From: Candidatus Methylomirabilia bacterium
GTDB taxonomy: Bacteria; Methylomirabilota; Methylomirabilia; Rokubacteriales; CSP1-6
Direction of reading: 5' to 3'
NCBI GenBank assembly: GCA_041492755.1
Contig: JBGPXN010000037.1
Location: 1-33,163 of the forward strand
DNA length: 33,163 bases
Within the stretch, counting starts at the first letter, position 1; each line of letters begins with the position of its first letter. Shown here piece after piece: positions 1-8,871 of the stretch. The translations under genes were made by a program, and so were the position numbers. A model generated the notes under the pieces. It saw only the letters and a program-made list of their open reading frames with translations. It was not told where the DNA came from and did no database searches.

Positions 1-402
1 GAACTTCCCCTGGAAGAGGTGGGCGACGCGAAGCGCGCCGTCGCGGTGCTGGTCGAGAAAGAGCAGCGTTTTTTCGCCCCGCGTGAACTCGGGACTACCC
101 TGGATCCAGGACATGAGGCCGCCGACGCTGCCACCGAGCTGTCGGATCGTCATCGGCCCCGGCGCCAGCGCGCCCTTCAGGACCTCATCGACGTTCAGGC
201 CGACGAGCGTCCAGATCCGGCCATCTACCGGATCGGCGTAACTCTTGATGTCGGTGACCCAGCCGATCACGATCGCCGACGAGTGCTGCACGAGTGCCAA
301 GTCGTCGACAAGAACGGCAGTCGTGGCTTCCGTCGTCGCCGGAACGGCCAGTGTGGCGACGAGCAGGAGGGCCAAGAGGCGGATAGCTGTGGGCGACGTC
401 AT
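1..402 (-). CDS. Secreted protein, 5' part only (runs off the window edge); signal peptide plus N-terminal domain
   Basis: Translated by hand, not in the ORF track. ATG at 402 is open to position 1: MTSPTAIRLLALLLVATLAVPATTEA-TTAVLVDDLALVQHSSAIVIGWVTDIKS...EVLKG...RQLGGSVGG...GSPEFTRGEKTLLFL. It has a Sec-type signal peptide. The 'S.AIV.G.V...V.EVLKG....GG.VG....G.P.F..GE..LLFL' pattern resembles N-terminal domains of large secreted proteins such as matrixin-type proteases. Confidence 0.7.
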   Translation of the reverse strand, partial: MTSPTAIRLLALLLVATLAVPATTEATTAVLVDDLALVQHSSAIVIGWVTDIKSYADPVDGRIWTLVGLNVDEVLKGALAPGPMTIRQLGGSVGGLMSWIQGSPEFTRGEKTLLFLDQHRDGALRVAHLFQGKF

Positions 403-415
403 GTCGTCGGGGTCT

Positions 416-421
416 TATAAT
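416..421 (+). promoter_or_regulatory. -10 box (TATAAT) upstream of the glycan operon
   Basis: Perfect TATAAT in the short AT-richer gap between divergent genes. Confidence 0.5.
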
Positions 422-462
422 CGCGCCGTGACACCACGAGTTACTCTATCATTTTCGCGGTT

Positions 463-1404
463 TTGTCCGCGCTTGGCCGTGTTCTGAGCAACTTCGCGGC
501 ACGGGGGGTGTGTCCCGTCTGCGCCACAGAGCCGCGGACCCCGGCCGTTGAGGCGCATGGCCGGTTCAAGCTCCGTTGGTGCGCCACCTGCGACCTGCAG
601 TTCGCCGATCCCATGGAGGAAGCGCCGGCGGCGTTCTACGACAGCCACCCCCTCTACGGTGGGCCTGAAAGCCTTCACGCCTCGCCTCGGCTGCTCAACT
701 GGGACCAGCGGTGCTTTCTCCATGGGCACCCTCGACCCGGTGGGTTACTCCTCGACGTCGGCTGCGGGACCGGTCAGTTCGTGGAGGCGGCCCGAAAGGC
801 CGGCTACCGGGCCCGGGGACTCGACCTGAGTGCGGCCCAGCTCGCGGTGGCCCGGCGACGATTCCCGGACGTCGAGGTCCATGCCGGCCGTCTCCGTGAC
901 TACGCGCACGGGATGCCCCCGGGATCCTTCGACATCGTCACGGCTTTTCAGGTCCTGGAGCATGTGGCCGATCCCCTCGATTTCCTGGCCGACGCGCGCC
1001 GGCTCTTGCGTCCCGCCGGCTACCTCGCGATCGGCGTGCCGACCTGGCGCGGCTGGCGAGCGTTTCGGGACCCCGAGGACGCCCCCCCGAACCATCTCAC
1101 CCGCTGGAGCCGACGGAGCCTGGAGCGGGCGCTCGGCGACGCAGGGTTCTCGGTCGTGACGCTGCGCGAGCACCGGAGCGCCTACAACTTCCTGTTGCGC
1201 CGGGTGCGCCTCGGCCTGGTGCGGCGGCTCATGCGACGCTCGGCGCGGACGGGGGGGGAAGGGCGGGTGGCGGACGCGGCGGTCGCGCTGTCCGTCGCGA
1301 AGGCCCGCGCGCTGACCGCGTTCGACCTGCTGCTGCGCCCGGGGCTGTTCGTCCTGCGCGCGCCCGGAGTGACGCTGTACGCGCTCGCCCGGGCTCCCGA
1401 GTGA
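463..1404 (+). CDS. Class I SAM-dependent methyltransferase with N-terminal CxxC...CxxC
   Basis: LLDVGCGTG motif I, FDIVTAFQVLEHV, LRPAG motif, PPNHL; N-terminal CPVC...CATC. Start codon (TTG) uncertain. Confidence 0.85.
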   Translation: MSALGRVLSNFAARGVCPVCATEPRTPAVEAHGRFKLRWCATCDLQFADPMEEAPAAFYDSHPLYGGPESLHASPRLLNWDQRCFLHGHPRPGGLLLDVGCGTGQFVEAARKAGYRARGLDLSAAQLAVARRRFPDVEVHAGRLRDYAHGMPPGSFDIVTAFQVLEHVADPLDFLADARRLLRPAGYLAIGVPTWRGWRAFRDPEDAPPNHLTRWSRRSLERALGDAGFSVVTLREHRSAYNFLLRRVRLGLVRRLMRRSARTGGEGRVADAAVALSVAKARALTAFDLLLRPGLFVLRAPGVTLYALARAPE

Positions 1405-2921
1405 GCAGGCGCCGGCGCGCGCTGATCGGCGTCGTCCTCGTGGCCATCGCGGGCCAGCTCGCGACGATCGCCTACGAGATCGTCGTGGCGCGTCGGTTCG
1501 GAACGGGAGCCGACGCGGACGCGCTGGCGCTGGCACTCACCCTGGTCGTCGCCGTTGCCAACGAGATCGTGACGTGGATCGCGACGCTCTTCGTCCCGCT
1601 CTACGTCGTCGCCGCTCATACGTCGGGTGCCGCCGCGGCGCGCTTCTACCGCCAGAGCGTCGCGGCGGTGCTCGTCGTCACGGCCGCGCTCGCGGGGCTG
1701 CTCGTGGCCGGCGCGGCTCCGCTGCTTGGACTGCTCGCCCCGGCGCTCGCCGACCGTTCGAGCGCGCTCGCGCTGCTGCAATGGCTCGTGCCGCTGGTGC
1801 TGCTGCTACCGCTGGCTGCCGTGCTGGGGAGCGTCTTGCAGGCGCGCGAGCGCTTCGTGCTCGCCGGCCTGCGTCCGCTCTGCTGGTATGGCGGCGCGCT
1901 CGTCGCGTTGCTCTTCCTGGGACGGCACTGGGGCGTGGGCGCTGTCCCCGTCGGCATGATCGCGGGACTGATCGTGTTCTGCGTCGCCCTCGTGCGCGCC
2001 GGTGGCGTGGCCGATGTGCGCCCAGACGGCGCCGAGTCGGGAGCGGTGGGCGCGTGGCGCCCTGCGCTCGCGCCCTTGCTCGTTCCGCTCGTGCTCGCGT
2101 CGACGGCCAACTACGTCAACGTCGGTGTCGAGCGCGCTCTCGCGGCCCGCCTGCCCGAGGGCAGCCTCGCCGCGCTGACCTACGCGTCTCGACTGATTCA
2201 CTTTCCGGTCACCCTGGTTCTGATGCATGCCACGACGATCCTTCTCCCGGCACTCTCGGTGCACGCCGCGCGCCGGGAATCGCGCCCGCTCGAGGACATG
2301 CTCGTGCGCGCGCTCCGGCTTGCCCTGCTCTTTGCCATTCCGCTCGCGGCGTTGTCGGTCGCGCTGGCCGAGCCGCTGATCCACCTGCTGCTGGAGCGGG
2401 GCGCGTTCAGCGCCGAGTCGACCCGTTTGACCTCGACGGCCCTGGTCTGGTACGCGCCGTCACTGATCGGGGTAGCCGGCGTGCAGGTGCTGGCCAGGGG
2501 TTACCAGGCACTGCAAGCGATTCCCCGCATGGCCGCCATCGGCATGGCCGCCGTCGCCCTGAACCTCGTGCTCATGCCGGCGCTCACCGCGACGCTGGGC
2601 CTTCGCGGGTTGCCCCTGGCCACGTCGACCACCACCGTCGTGCTGCTGGCCGCCATGCTGGTGGGTCTCCGCGCGCGTCTTCCCGGCCTCACCACTCGCC
2701 GGGTGGCGGACTCGGCGCTCCGCGCCAGTGTCGCCGCCCTGGCCGCGATGGTGAGCGCGTGGCTCGTGCGCGAGGCCGCCACGGCATTGCCGCTGGCGCG
2801 CTTCGTGGCGGGCAGCGTCGTGGGCGTGGCGGTCTATGCGGGCGTGCTCTGGTGGCTGGCCCGGGAGGACGCGCGGCTGGCGCTCGACTTCGTCATGCCG
2901 CTCCGGTGGCGGCGGGTCTAG
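1401..2921 (+). CDS. MurJ/MviN-like MOP-family flippase (divergent paralog)
   Basis: ~500 aa polytopic membrane protein with FGTG.DAD, FVP, L.YA.RL..FP, ERGAF MviN signatures; GTGA overlap with the upstream gene. Confidence 0.85.
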   Translation: MSRRRRALIGVVLVAIAGQLATIAYEIVVARRFGTGADADALALALTLVVAVANEIVTWIATLFVPLYVVAAHTSGAAAARFYRQSVAAVLVVTAALAGLLVAGAAPLLGLLAPALADRSSALALLQWLVPLVLLLPLAAVLGSVLQARERFVLAGLRPLCWYGGALVALLFLGRHWGVGAVPVGMIAGLIVFCVALVRAGGVADVRPDGAESGAVGAWRPALAPLLVPLVLASTANYVNVGVERALAARLPEGSLAALTYASRLIHFPVTLVLMHATTILLPALSVHAARRESRPLEDMLVRALRLALLFAIPLAALSVALAEPLIHLLLERGAFSAESTRLTSTALVWYAPSLIGVAGVQVLARGYQALQAIPRMAAIGMAAVALNLVLMPALTATLGLRGLPLATSTTTVVLLAAMLVGLRARLPGLTTRRVADSALRASVAALAAMVSAWLVREAATALPLARFVAGSVVGVAVYAGVLWWLAREDARLALDFVMPLRWRRV

Positions 2922-2926
2922 AAACA

Positions 2927-4111
2927 GTGCGCGTGTTGATGGTCGCGACGTCGGTCCTGCCCGACGTCATGGGGGGAACCGAGCGCGTGATCGCCGAGCT
3001 CGGGCGCGCGCTCCAGGCCCGTGGGCACGAGATCGCCATCCTCGCCCCGCGGCCGCGTGGCGCCGCCCGCAGCGGCGATGCGGCGATCCTTCGCTACGAG
3101 GATCCATTCCTGTCGTTCGGAACGCTCTACGTCCCGAGTCTTCTGCTGGGGTGCGCCGCGGTCCGCCGGGTCGTACGCGCGTGGCGACCCGACGTCGTGC
3201 ACGCGCACCAACCCATCGCGGGCGTCGCCGCCAGCGCCGCCACCGGCGGCCGGTCCTGCTACACGTTCTACGGCCCCTGGCATCTCGAGTTCCTCAGCGA
3301 GATGACGAAACGTCAGGACCTGTCCGCGCTCAAGCAATGGACGCGCGCATGGTGGACGCCGGCCAAGGCCGGCCTCACCCGACGGATCGAGCGCCGGGCC
3401 GTGCGGCGCAGTGGCCAGCTCGTCGTGCTCTCGCAGTTCAGCCGCCGGCAGGTCGCGACGGTGCACGGCGTCGCCGACGCCCGCGTGGCCGTCATCCCCG
3501 GCGGGGTGGACGCCGAACGCTTCGTTCCGGTGGCCGACCGGCGCGCGGCGCGCGCGGCTCTTTCCCTGCCGAGGGGCGGTCCGCTGCTCTTCACGGTGCG
3601 ACGGTTGGTCCCGCGCATGGGACTCGAGAACCTTCTCGCCGCGCTGGCGTCGTTGCCCGACGCCCGGCTCGTCGTCGCGGGCACGGGGTGGTATCGGGCC
3701 CAGCTCGAAGCGATCGCCGCCCGTCTGGGGGTGGACGGGCGCGTGCGGTTCGCCGGCTTCGTCGCCGACGACGCGCTGCCGCGCTACTACCAGGCCGCGG
3801 ATCTCGTCGTCCTGCCCAGCGTCGCGCTCGAAGGCTTCGGCCTCATCACGCTGGAGGCGCTGGCGTGCGGCACGCCGGTGGTGGCGACGTCCGAAGGCGG
3901 CGCCGCCGACGTGCTGGCGCCGCTCGAACCGGGCTGGCTGGCCCGCGATGCCGAGCCCGCCAGTCTCATCGCCGTGATCGCGCGCGCGCTCGCGCGCGGC
4001 GGGGGCGACGGCGCGCTGGCGGCGCGCTGCCGGGCCCACGCGCTGGGCTACACGTGGGACGGCATCGCCGCGCGGTACGAGAGCCTCTATCGGCGGCTGC
4101 CGGCCCCATGA
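2927..4111 (+). CDS. Glycosyltransferase family 4
   Basis: GTG start at 2927 (MRVLMV...GGTERV), PDVVHAH, RRLVPRMG, EGFGLITLEALACGTPVV (EX7E). Confidence 0.9.
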   Translation: MRVLMVATSVLPDVMGGTERVIAELGRALQARGHEIAILAPRPRGAARSGDAAILRYEDPFLSFGTLYVPSLLLGCAAVRRVVRAWRPDVVHAHQPIAGVAASAATGGRSCYTFYGPWHLEFLSEMTKRQDLSALKQWTRAWWTPAKAGLTRRIERRAVRRSGQLVVLSQFSRRQVATVHGVADARVAVIPGGVDAERFVPVADRRAARAALSLPRGGPLLFTVRRLVPRMGLENLLAALASLPDARLVVAGTGWYRAQLEAIAARLGVDGRVRFAGFVADDALPRYYQAADLVVLPSVALEGFGLITLEALACGTPVVATSEGGAADVLAPLEPGWLARDAEPASLIAVIARALARGGGDGALAARCRAHALGYTWDGIAARYESLYRRLPAP

Positions 4112-5205
4112 ACGTCTGGGTCGTCTCGCACGCGTACGCGGCGCCGATCAACCACGACAAGCTCGAGGCGCTCGCGCGCCTGCCCGATCTCGACCTGACC
4201 GTGCTCGCGCCCGCGGCCTGGCGCACGCCGCTCGGCGTGGTCCGGCCGCCCGCGCCGCGGGGCGGATATCGCCTGGTGGGCGCCCGCGTGCTCTTCAACG
4301 GCCGGCCCGGAGGGTACGTCTTTCGCGAAGGGCTGTCGGGCCTGCGCGCCGCCGACGTCGTGCACGCCGAGGCCGAGCCGTGGAGTCTCGCCGCGCTGCA
4401 GTGCCTGCTCGCCACGCCGGCGCCTCTCGTCGTCTTCACCTGGGAAAACCTCTCCGGCCCGCGCCATCCGCTGGGGCGCGCGATCGAGCGGCTGGTGGCG
4501 CGGCGGGCCGCGTTCGTCATCGCGGGCAACCAGGCCGCGCGCGCCCGCATGCAACGGCGCGGGGTCGGCGCCGACCGGGTGGCGGTGCTTCCGCAGTTCG
4601 GCGTCGATCTTGAACGTTATGGGGGGTCTCCGCGCCCGCCCGGCGCTCGCGTCCCCGGAGCGCCGGTGGTGGGATATGTCGGCCGACTCGTGCCGGAGAA
4701 AGGCGTCGATCTGCTCCTCGAGGCGGTGGACGCGCTCGACGCGCGGCTGGTCGTGGTGGGGGACGGGCCGGCGCGGCGAGCGCTCGAAGACCGTGTGCGC
4801 GCCTGGCCGGCGGGGAAGGCTCGGTTTACGGGCGCCGTCACCCACGAGGAGGTGCCGCGCTGGCTCGAGCAGCTCGACGTGCTCGTCCTGCCGTCACGGA
4901 CGACGGCGCGGTGGGCCGAGCAGTTCGGACACGTGCTGATCGAGGCGATGGCGGCGGGCGTGGCGGTGATCGGCTCGTCGTCGGGCGCCATCCCCGAGGT
5001 CGTCGCCGACGCCGGGCTGCTGTTCGCCGAGGGCGACGCCGCCGACCTCGCGCGGCAGATCCACCGGCTCCTCGGTGACGCCGGCCTGCGCCGTGAGCTC
5101 GTCGCGCGGGCTCGCGCGCGGGTCGCGCGTGACTACACCCATGCGGCCGTCGCCGCGGCGCAGGGCGCCATCTACGCCCGGCTGCTGGCGGCGCGGCCCG
5201 TATAA
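4108..5205 (+). CDS. Glycosyltransferase family 4
   Basis: ATG at 4108 (ATGA overlap); GYVGRLVPEKGV, EQFGHVLIEAMAAG. Confidence 0.9.
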   Translation: MNVWVVSHAYAAPINHDKLEALARLPDLDLTVLAPAAWRTPLGVVRPPAPRGGYRLVGARVLFNGRPGGYVFREGLSGLRAADVVHAEAEPWSLAALQCLLATPAPLVVFTWENLSGPRHPLGRAIERLVARRAAFVIAGNQAARARMQRRGVGADRVAVLPQFGVDLERYGGSPRPPGARVPGAPVVGYVGRLVPEKGVDLLLEAVDALDARLVVVGDGPARRALEDRVRAWPAGKARFTGAVTHEEVPRWLEQLDVLVLPSRTTARWAEQFGHVLIEAMAAGVAVIGSSSGAIPEVVADAGLLFAEGDAADLARQIHRLLGDAGLRRELVARARARVARDYTHAAVAAAQGAIYARLLAARPV

Positions 5206-5213
5206 TCCCGACG

Positions 5214-6335
5214 ATGATCGGCGGCGACCGGATCACGATCAACGCGTCCGTCGTGGGCCAACGGCCCACCGGACTCGGCTTCTACGCGCTGCATCTCATC
5301 ACCGCGCTCGACGAGCTGGGCGAGCAGCTCACGGTCCTGACGTCGCGACCCGAGGTCATCGTCGCGCCGCACGCCGTCGTGCGCCGGATCACGGGCTCGG
5401 GCCGGCCCGAGCACGGCCGGGCCGGTCACCTCGCGCGGCTGCTGTGGTCGCAGTCGGGACTGCGGCTGCACACGTGGCGCGACCGCCCACGCCTGTTGTT
5501 GAACCTCATGCCCGAGGGCGTGCTGTGGCCGCGGCTTCCTCAAGTCACGGTCGTGCACGACCTGCTGCCGCTGCTCTACCCGTCGGAGTATCCGCGCCAG
5601 CAGTATTACTTCAGACACTTCGTCCCGGCCGTGCTCCACTATTCCCGCGCGATCATCGTGATCTCGGAGAGCACCCGGCGGGACCTGCTCCACTTCTATC
5701 GCGGTGTCTCGCCCGACAAGGTCCACGTCGTGCTGTCCGGATACGACGCCCGGTGGTTTCCGCCCGAGGTGGACGACGTCGCCGTGGCCGACGAGCCGTA
5801 CGCGCTCTACGTGGGCAACGTCATGCCGCACAAGAATCTGCTCCGGATGGTCGACGCGTTCGCCGAGGCCACCCGTCGCGGGTCCGGCCGGCTCGTGATC
5901 CGGGGCTGGGGCAAGCCCGCCAACGTGGGGGTGGTGCAGGCGCGGATCGCGGCGCTCGACCTCTGGCCGCGGGTCGACTGGCAGCCGTATGCCACCATCC
6001 GCGAGCTCTCGCGGCTCTATCAACGGGCGCACATGCTCCTGCTGCCCTCGCTCCACGAAGGCTTTGGCCTCACCGCCCTGGAGGCGATGGCGTGCGGAAC
6101 GCCGGTGGTGACGTCGAACACCTCGTCGCTGCCCGAAGTCGTCGGCGACGCCGCCCTCTTCATCGATCCCCACGAGACCGCCACCATCACCGAGGCGATC
6201 GTGCGGCTCTTTTCCGACGACCGGCTGGGCAAGGATCTGCGCGAACGGGGCCGCGCCCGCGCCCAGCTCTTCTCCTGGCAGAAAACCGGTGGCGCCGTCC
6301 AGCGCGTCCTCCACGACGTCCTCGCCGACTCCTAG
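5214..6335 (+). CDS. Glycosyltransferase family 4 (MtfB-like)
   Basis: PTGLG.Y, TVVHDL, PHKN, EGFGLTALEAMACGTPV. Confidence 0.9.
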   Translation: MIGGDRITINASVVGQRPTGLGFYALHLITALDELGEQLTVLTSRPEVIVAPHAVVRRITGSGRPEHGRAGHLARLLWSQSGLRLHTWRDRPRLLLNLMPEGVLWPRLPQVTVVHDLLPLLYPSEYPRQQYYFRHFVPAVLHYSRAIIVISESTRRDLLHFYRGVSPDKVHVVLSGYDARWFPPEVDDVAVADEPYALYVGNVMPHKNLLRMVDAFAEATRRGSGRLVIRGWGKPANVGVVQARIAALDLWPRVDWQPYATIRELSRLYQRAHMLLLPSLHEGFGLTALEAMACGTPVVTSNTSSLPEVVGDAALFIDPHETATITEAIVRLFSDDRLGKDLRERGRARAQLFSWQKTGGAVQRVLHDVLADS

Positions 6336-6355
6336 CAAGCCGGTATAATTCCTCG

Positions 6356-7474
6356 ATGCGTGTCGCGCTTGTCCACGACTGGCTGACGGGCATGCGGGGC
6401 GGCGAGCGGTGCCTCGAAGTGTTGTGCGAGCTATACCCCGACGCGGACCTCTTCACCCTGCTCCACGTGCCGGGCAGCGTGTCTCCGCTCATCGAGCGCC
6501 GGCGCGTCGTCACCTCCTTCGTCCAGCGCCTTCCGGGCGCCGCGCGCCGCTATCGCCACTATCTGCCCGTGTTCCCGTGGGCGATCCAGGCGCTCGATCT
6601 GCGCCCTTACGACCTCGTGGTGTCCACCAGCCACTGCGTGGCCAAGGGTGCGGTGGCGCGGCCGGGCGCCCTTCACGTCTCGTACTGCTTCACGCCCATG
6701 CGGTACGTCTGGGACCTCTACGACGACTACTTCGGCGGGCGGGCGGGGCTGCTCACGCGGACGCTGATGCCGCCGGTGGCGGCGGCGCTACGGCAGTGGG
6801 ACCGGACCACGAGCGACCGCGTTCATCACTTCGCGGCGATCTCCCGGCACATCGCGGCGCGGATCGCGCGCTGCTACGGGCGCGCGGCCGACGTGATCTA
6901 TCCGCCGGTGGACGTGCAGCGTTTCGAGCCGGCCGACGGTGAGCCGGGCGAGTTCTATCTCGTCGTGTCCGCGCTCGTCCCCTACAAGCGCGTGGATCTC
7001 GCGGTGGCCGCGGCGACCCGGCGCGGGGCGCGGCTGCTCGTCGTCGGCTCCGGACCCGACGAGCGCCGGCTGCGCGCCGCCGCCGGACCGACGGTCGAGT
7101 TCCTCGGCTGGCAGAGCGACGAGGACATCGCCCGCCTCTACCGCCGCTGCCGGGCCGTGCTGTTTCCCGGGGTGGAAGACTTCGGCATCGTGCCGCTGGA
7201 AGCGATGGCGGCGGGCCGCCCGGTGATCGCGCTCGCCGCCGGGGGCGCGCTCGAGACCGTCACCGGATTGGAGGGGACGGACGCGGCGCCGACCGGCGTG
7301 TTCTTCGGCGCGCAGGCCGTGTCCGCGCTGGCCGAGGCGATGGCGACGTTCGAGCGCGAGGCGCACCGCTTCGAACCCAAGGCGCTACGCGCGCGGGCGG
7401 AGTCGTTCGATCGCCCGCGCTTCAAGGAGCGGCTGGCCGGCTACCTCGACGCGCGCGCGGTCGGCATATGCTGA
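6356..7474 (+). CDS. Glycosyltransferase family 4 (WbaZ-like mannosyltransferase type)
   Basis: ATG at 6356: MRVALVHDWLTGMRGGERCL, YCFTPMRYVW, PYKR, EDFGIVPLEAMA. Confidence 0.9.
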   Translation: MRVALVHDWLTGMRGGERCLEVLCELYPDADLFTLLHVPGSVSPLIERRRVVTSFVQRLPGAARRYRHYLPVFPWAIQALDLRPYDLVVSTSHCVAKGAVARPGALHVSYCFTPMRYVWDLYDDYFGGRAGLLTRTLMPPVAAALRQWDRTTSDRVHHFAAISRHIAARIARCYGRAADVIYPPVDVQRFEPADGEPGEFYLVVSALVPYKRVDLAVAAATRRGARLLVVGSGPDERRLRAAAGPTVEFLGWQSDEDIARLYRRCRAVLFPGVEDFGIVPLEAMAAGRPVIALAAGGALETVTGLEGTDAAPTGVFFGAQAVSALAEAMATFEREAHRFEPKALRARAESFDRPRFKERLAGYLDARAVGIC

Positions 7475-8868
7475 GGGCGCACTCCCGCGTCTTCGAGCAG
7501 CTCACGCTGGGCATCGACCTCATCCTCATCGGGGCGTGCTGGCTCGCCGCCTACTTCGTGCGGTTCTACCTGGTGGGGCCGCCGCTGGTCACCCCGGAGG
7601 TGCCACCCGTCCGCGACTATCTCCTGCAGCTGGTGCCCATCCTCCTGGTGTGGGGCGTGGCCTTCCGCTGGTTCGATCTCTATCGTCCACGCCGCCTCGG
7701 CTCGTACGTGTCCGAGTGGTTCGACGTGGCCAAGGCCTCGTCGCTGGGCGTGATCGTGCTCATCGCGATCATGGACTTCGGATTTCGGGGCACCGAGTAC
7801 TCCCGCGTCGTCATCGTCTACTTCTGGACGCTGTCGATCGTGGCCGTCGGCCTCTGGCGCGCGACCTTCCGCGAGGGACTGCGCTTCGCCCGCCGCCACG
7901 GGCTGAATCTGCGCCGGGCCCTCATCGTGGGCGGGGGCGAGCCCGCCGGCGAGATCCAGATCGCCCTCCGGCGCCGGCCGGATGCCGGCGTGCGCGTCGT
8001 CGGCGTGGTCTCAGACAAGCAGGAGACGGGCGGGGGAACGGTCACCTGGCTCGGCCGCTTCGAGGACCTCCGCGCCGTGCTGGATCGCGAGCAGATCGAC
8101 ATCGTCCTGGTGGCGCTGCCGTACGCCGAGCACGGACGGCTGGCCGCGGTGCTCGCCGACATCGGCGACGATCCAGTCGACATCCACCTCGTGCCCGACG
8201 TCCACGGGCTCGCCTCGCTGCGGGGCGGGATCGAGGAGTTCGAAGGCGTGCCGCTGATCCGCCTGCGCGAGTCGCCGCTGTACGGCTGGAACCGGGCGCT
8301 CAAGCGCTCCCTCGATCTCGCCGTGGGCGGCGTGGCCTTCGCGCTCGCTGCTCCGGTGATGGCGCTCATCGCGGCCGGGATCACGCTCACCTCGCGGGGG
8401 CCGGTACTCCTGAAACAGGAGCGCATGGGGATCGATGGCCGGCGCTTCATCATGCTGAAGTTCCGTACCATGGGCACCGACGCCGAGGTCGATACCGGTC
8501 CGGTGTGGGCGGCGGCCGACGACCCGCGACGCACGCGCCTGGGCGCTTTCCTGCGCCGGTTCAGTCTCGACGAGCTGCCGCAGCTCTGGAACGTGCTCAA
8601 GGGCGACATGAGTCTGGTCGGCCCGCGCCCGGAACGGCCGGTATTCGTGGCATCGTTCCGGCGCAGCCTCCCCGGCTACATGCTGCGGCACAAGGTGAAG
8701 GCGGGCATGACGGGCTGGGCGCAGATCAACGGCTGGCGCGGCAACACCTCGCTCGAGAAGCGCCTGGAGTTCGACCTCTACTACATCGAACGCTGGTCGT
8801 TGGGATTCGACCTCAAGATCCTGCTGCACACCGTCTGGCGCGGCTTCTTCGACAGGAACGCGTACTGA
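7468..8868 (+). CDS. Undecaprenyl-phosphate glucose phosphotransferase (WcaJ/CpsE family initiating transferase)
   Basis: N-terminal TMs, CoA-binding-like middle domain, C-terminal Bac_transf motifs KFRTM, SLDELPQLWNVLKGDMSLVGPRPE, GMTGWAQING, DLYYI. Confidence 0.93.
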   Translation: MLRAHSRVFEQLTLGIDLILIGACWLAAYFVRFYLVGPPLVTPEVPPVRDYLLQLVPILLVWGVAFRWFDLYRPRRLGSYVSEWFDVAKASSLGVIVLIAIMDFGFRGTEYSRVVIVYFWTLSIVAVGLWRATFREGLRFARRHGLNLRRALIVGGGEPAGEIQIALRRRPDAGVRVVGVVSDKQETGGGTVTWLGRFEDLRAVLDREQIDIVLVALPYAEHGRLAAVLADIGDDPVDIHLVPDVHGLASLRGGIEEFEGVPLIRLRESPLYGWNRALKRSLDLAVGGVAFALAAPVMALIAAGITLTSRGPVLLKQERMGIDGRRFIMLKFRTMGTDAEVDTGPVWAAADDPRRTRLGAFLRRFSLDELPQLWNVLKGDMSLVGPRPERPVFVASFRRSLPGYMLRHKVKAGMTGWAQINGWRGNTSLEKRLEFDLYYIERWSLGFDLKILLHTVWRGFFDRNAY

Positions 8869-8871
8869 GCG

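Noticed and set aside
19..420. 133-aa plus-strand ORF at the window start
   Set aside because: It is the shadow of the minus-strand signal-peptide gene starting at 402.
1574..7474. Long N-terminal extensions on GT4 ORFs (845, 789 and 799 aa)
   Set aside because: They are off-frame overlaps with upstream genes in high-GC DNA; family N-termini begin at 2927, 4108 and 6356.
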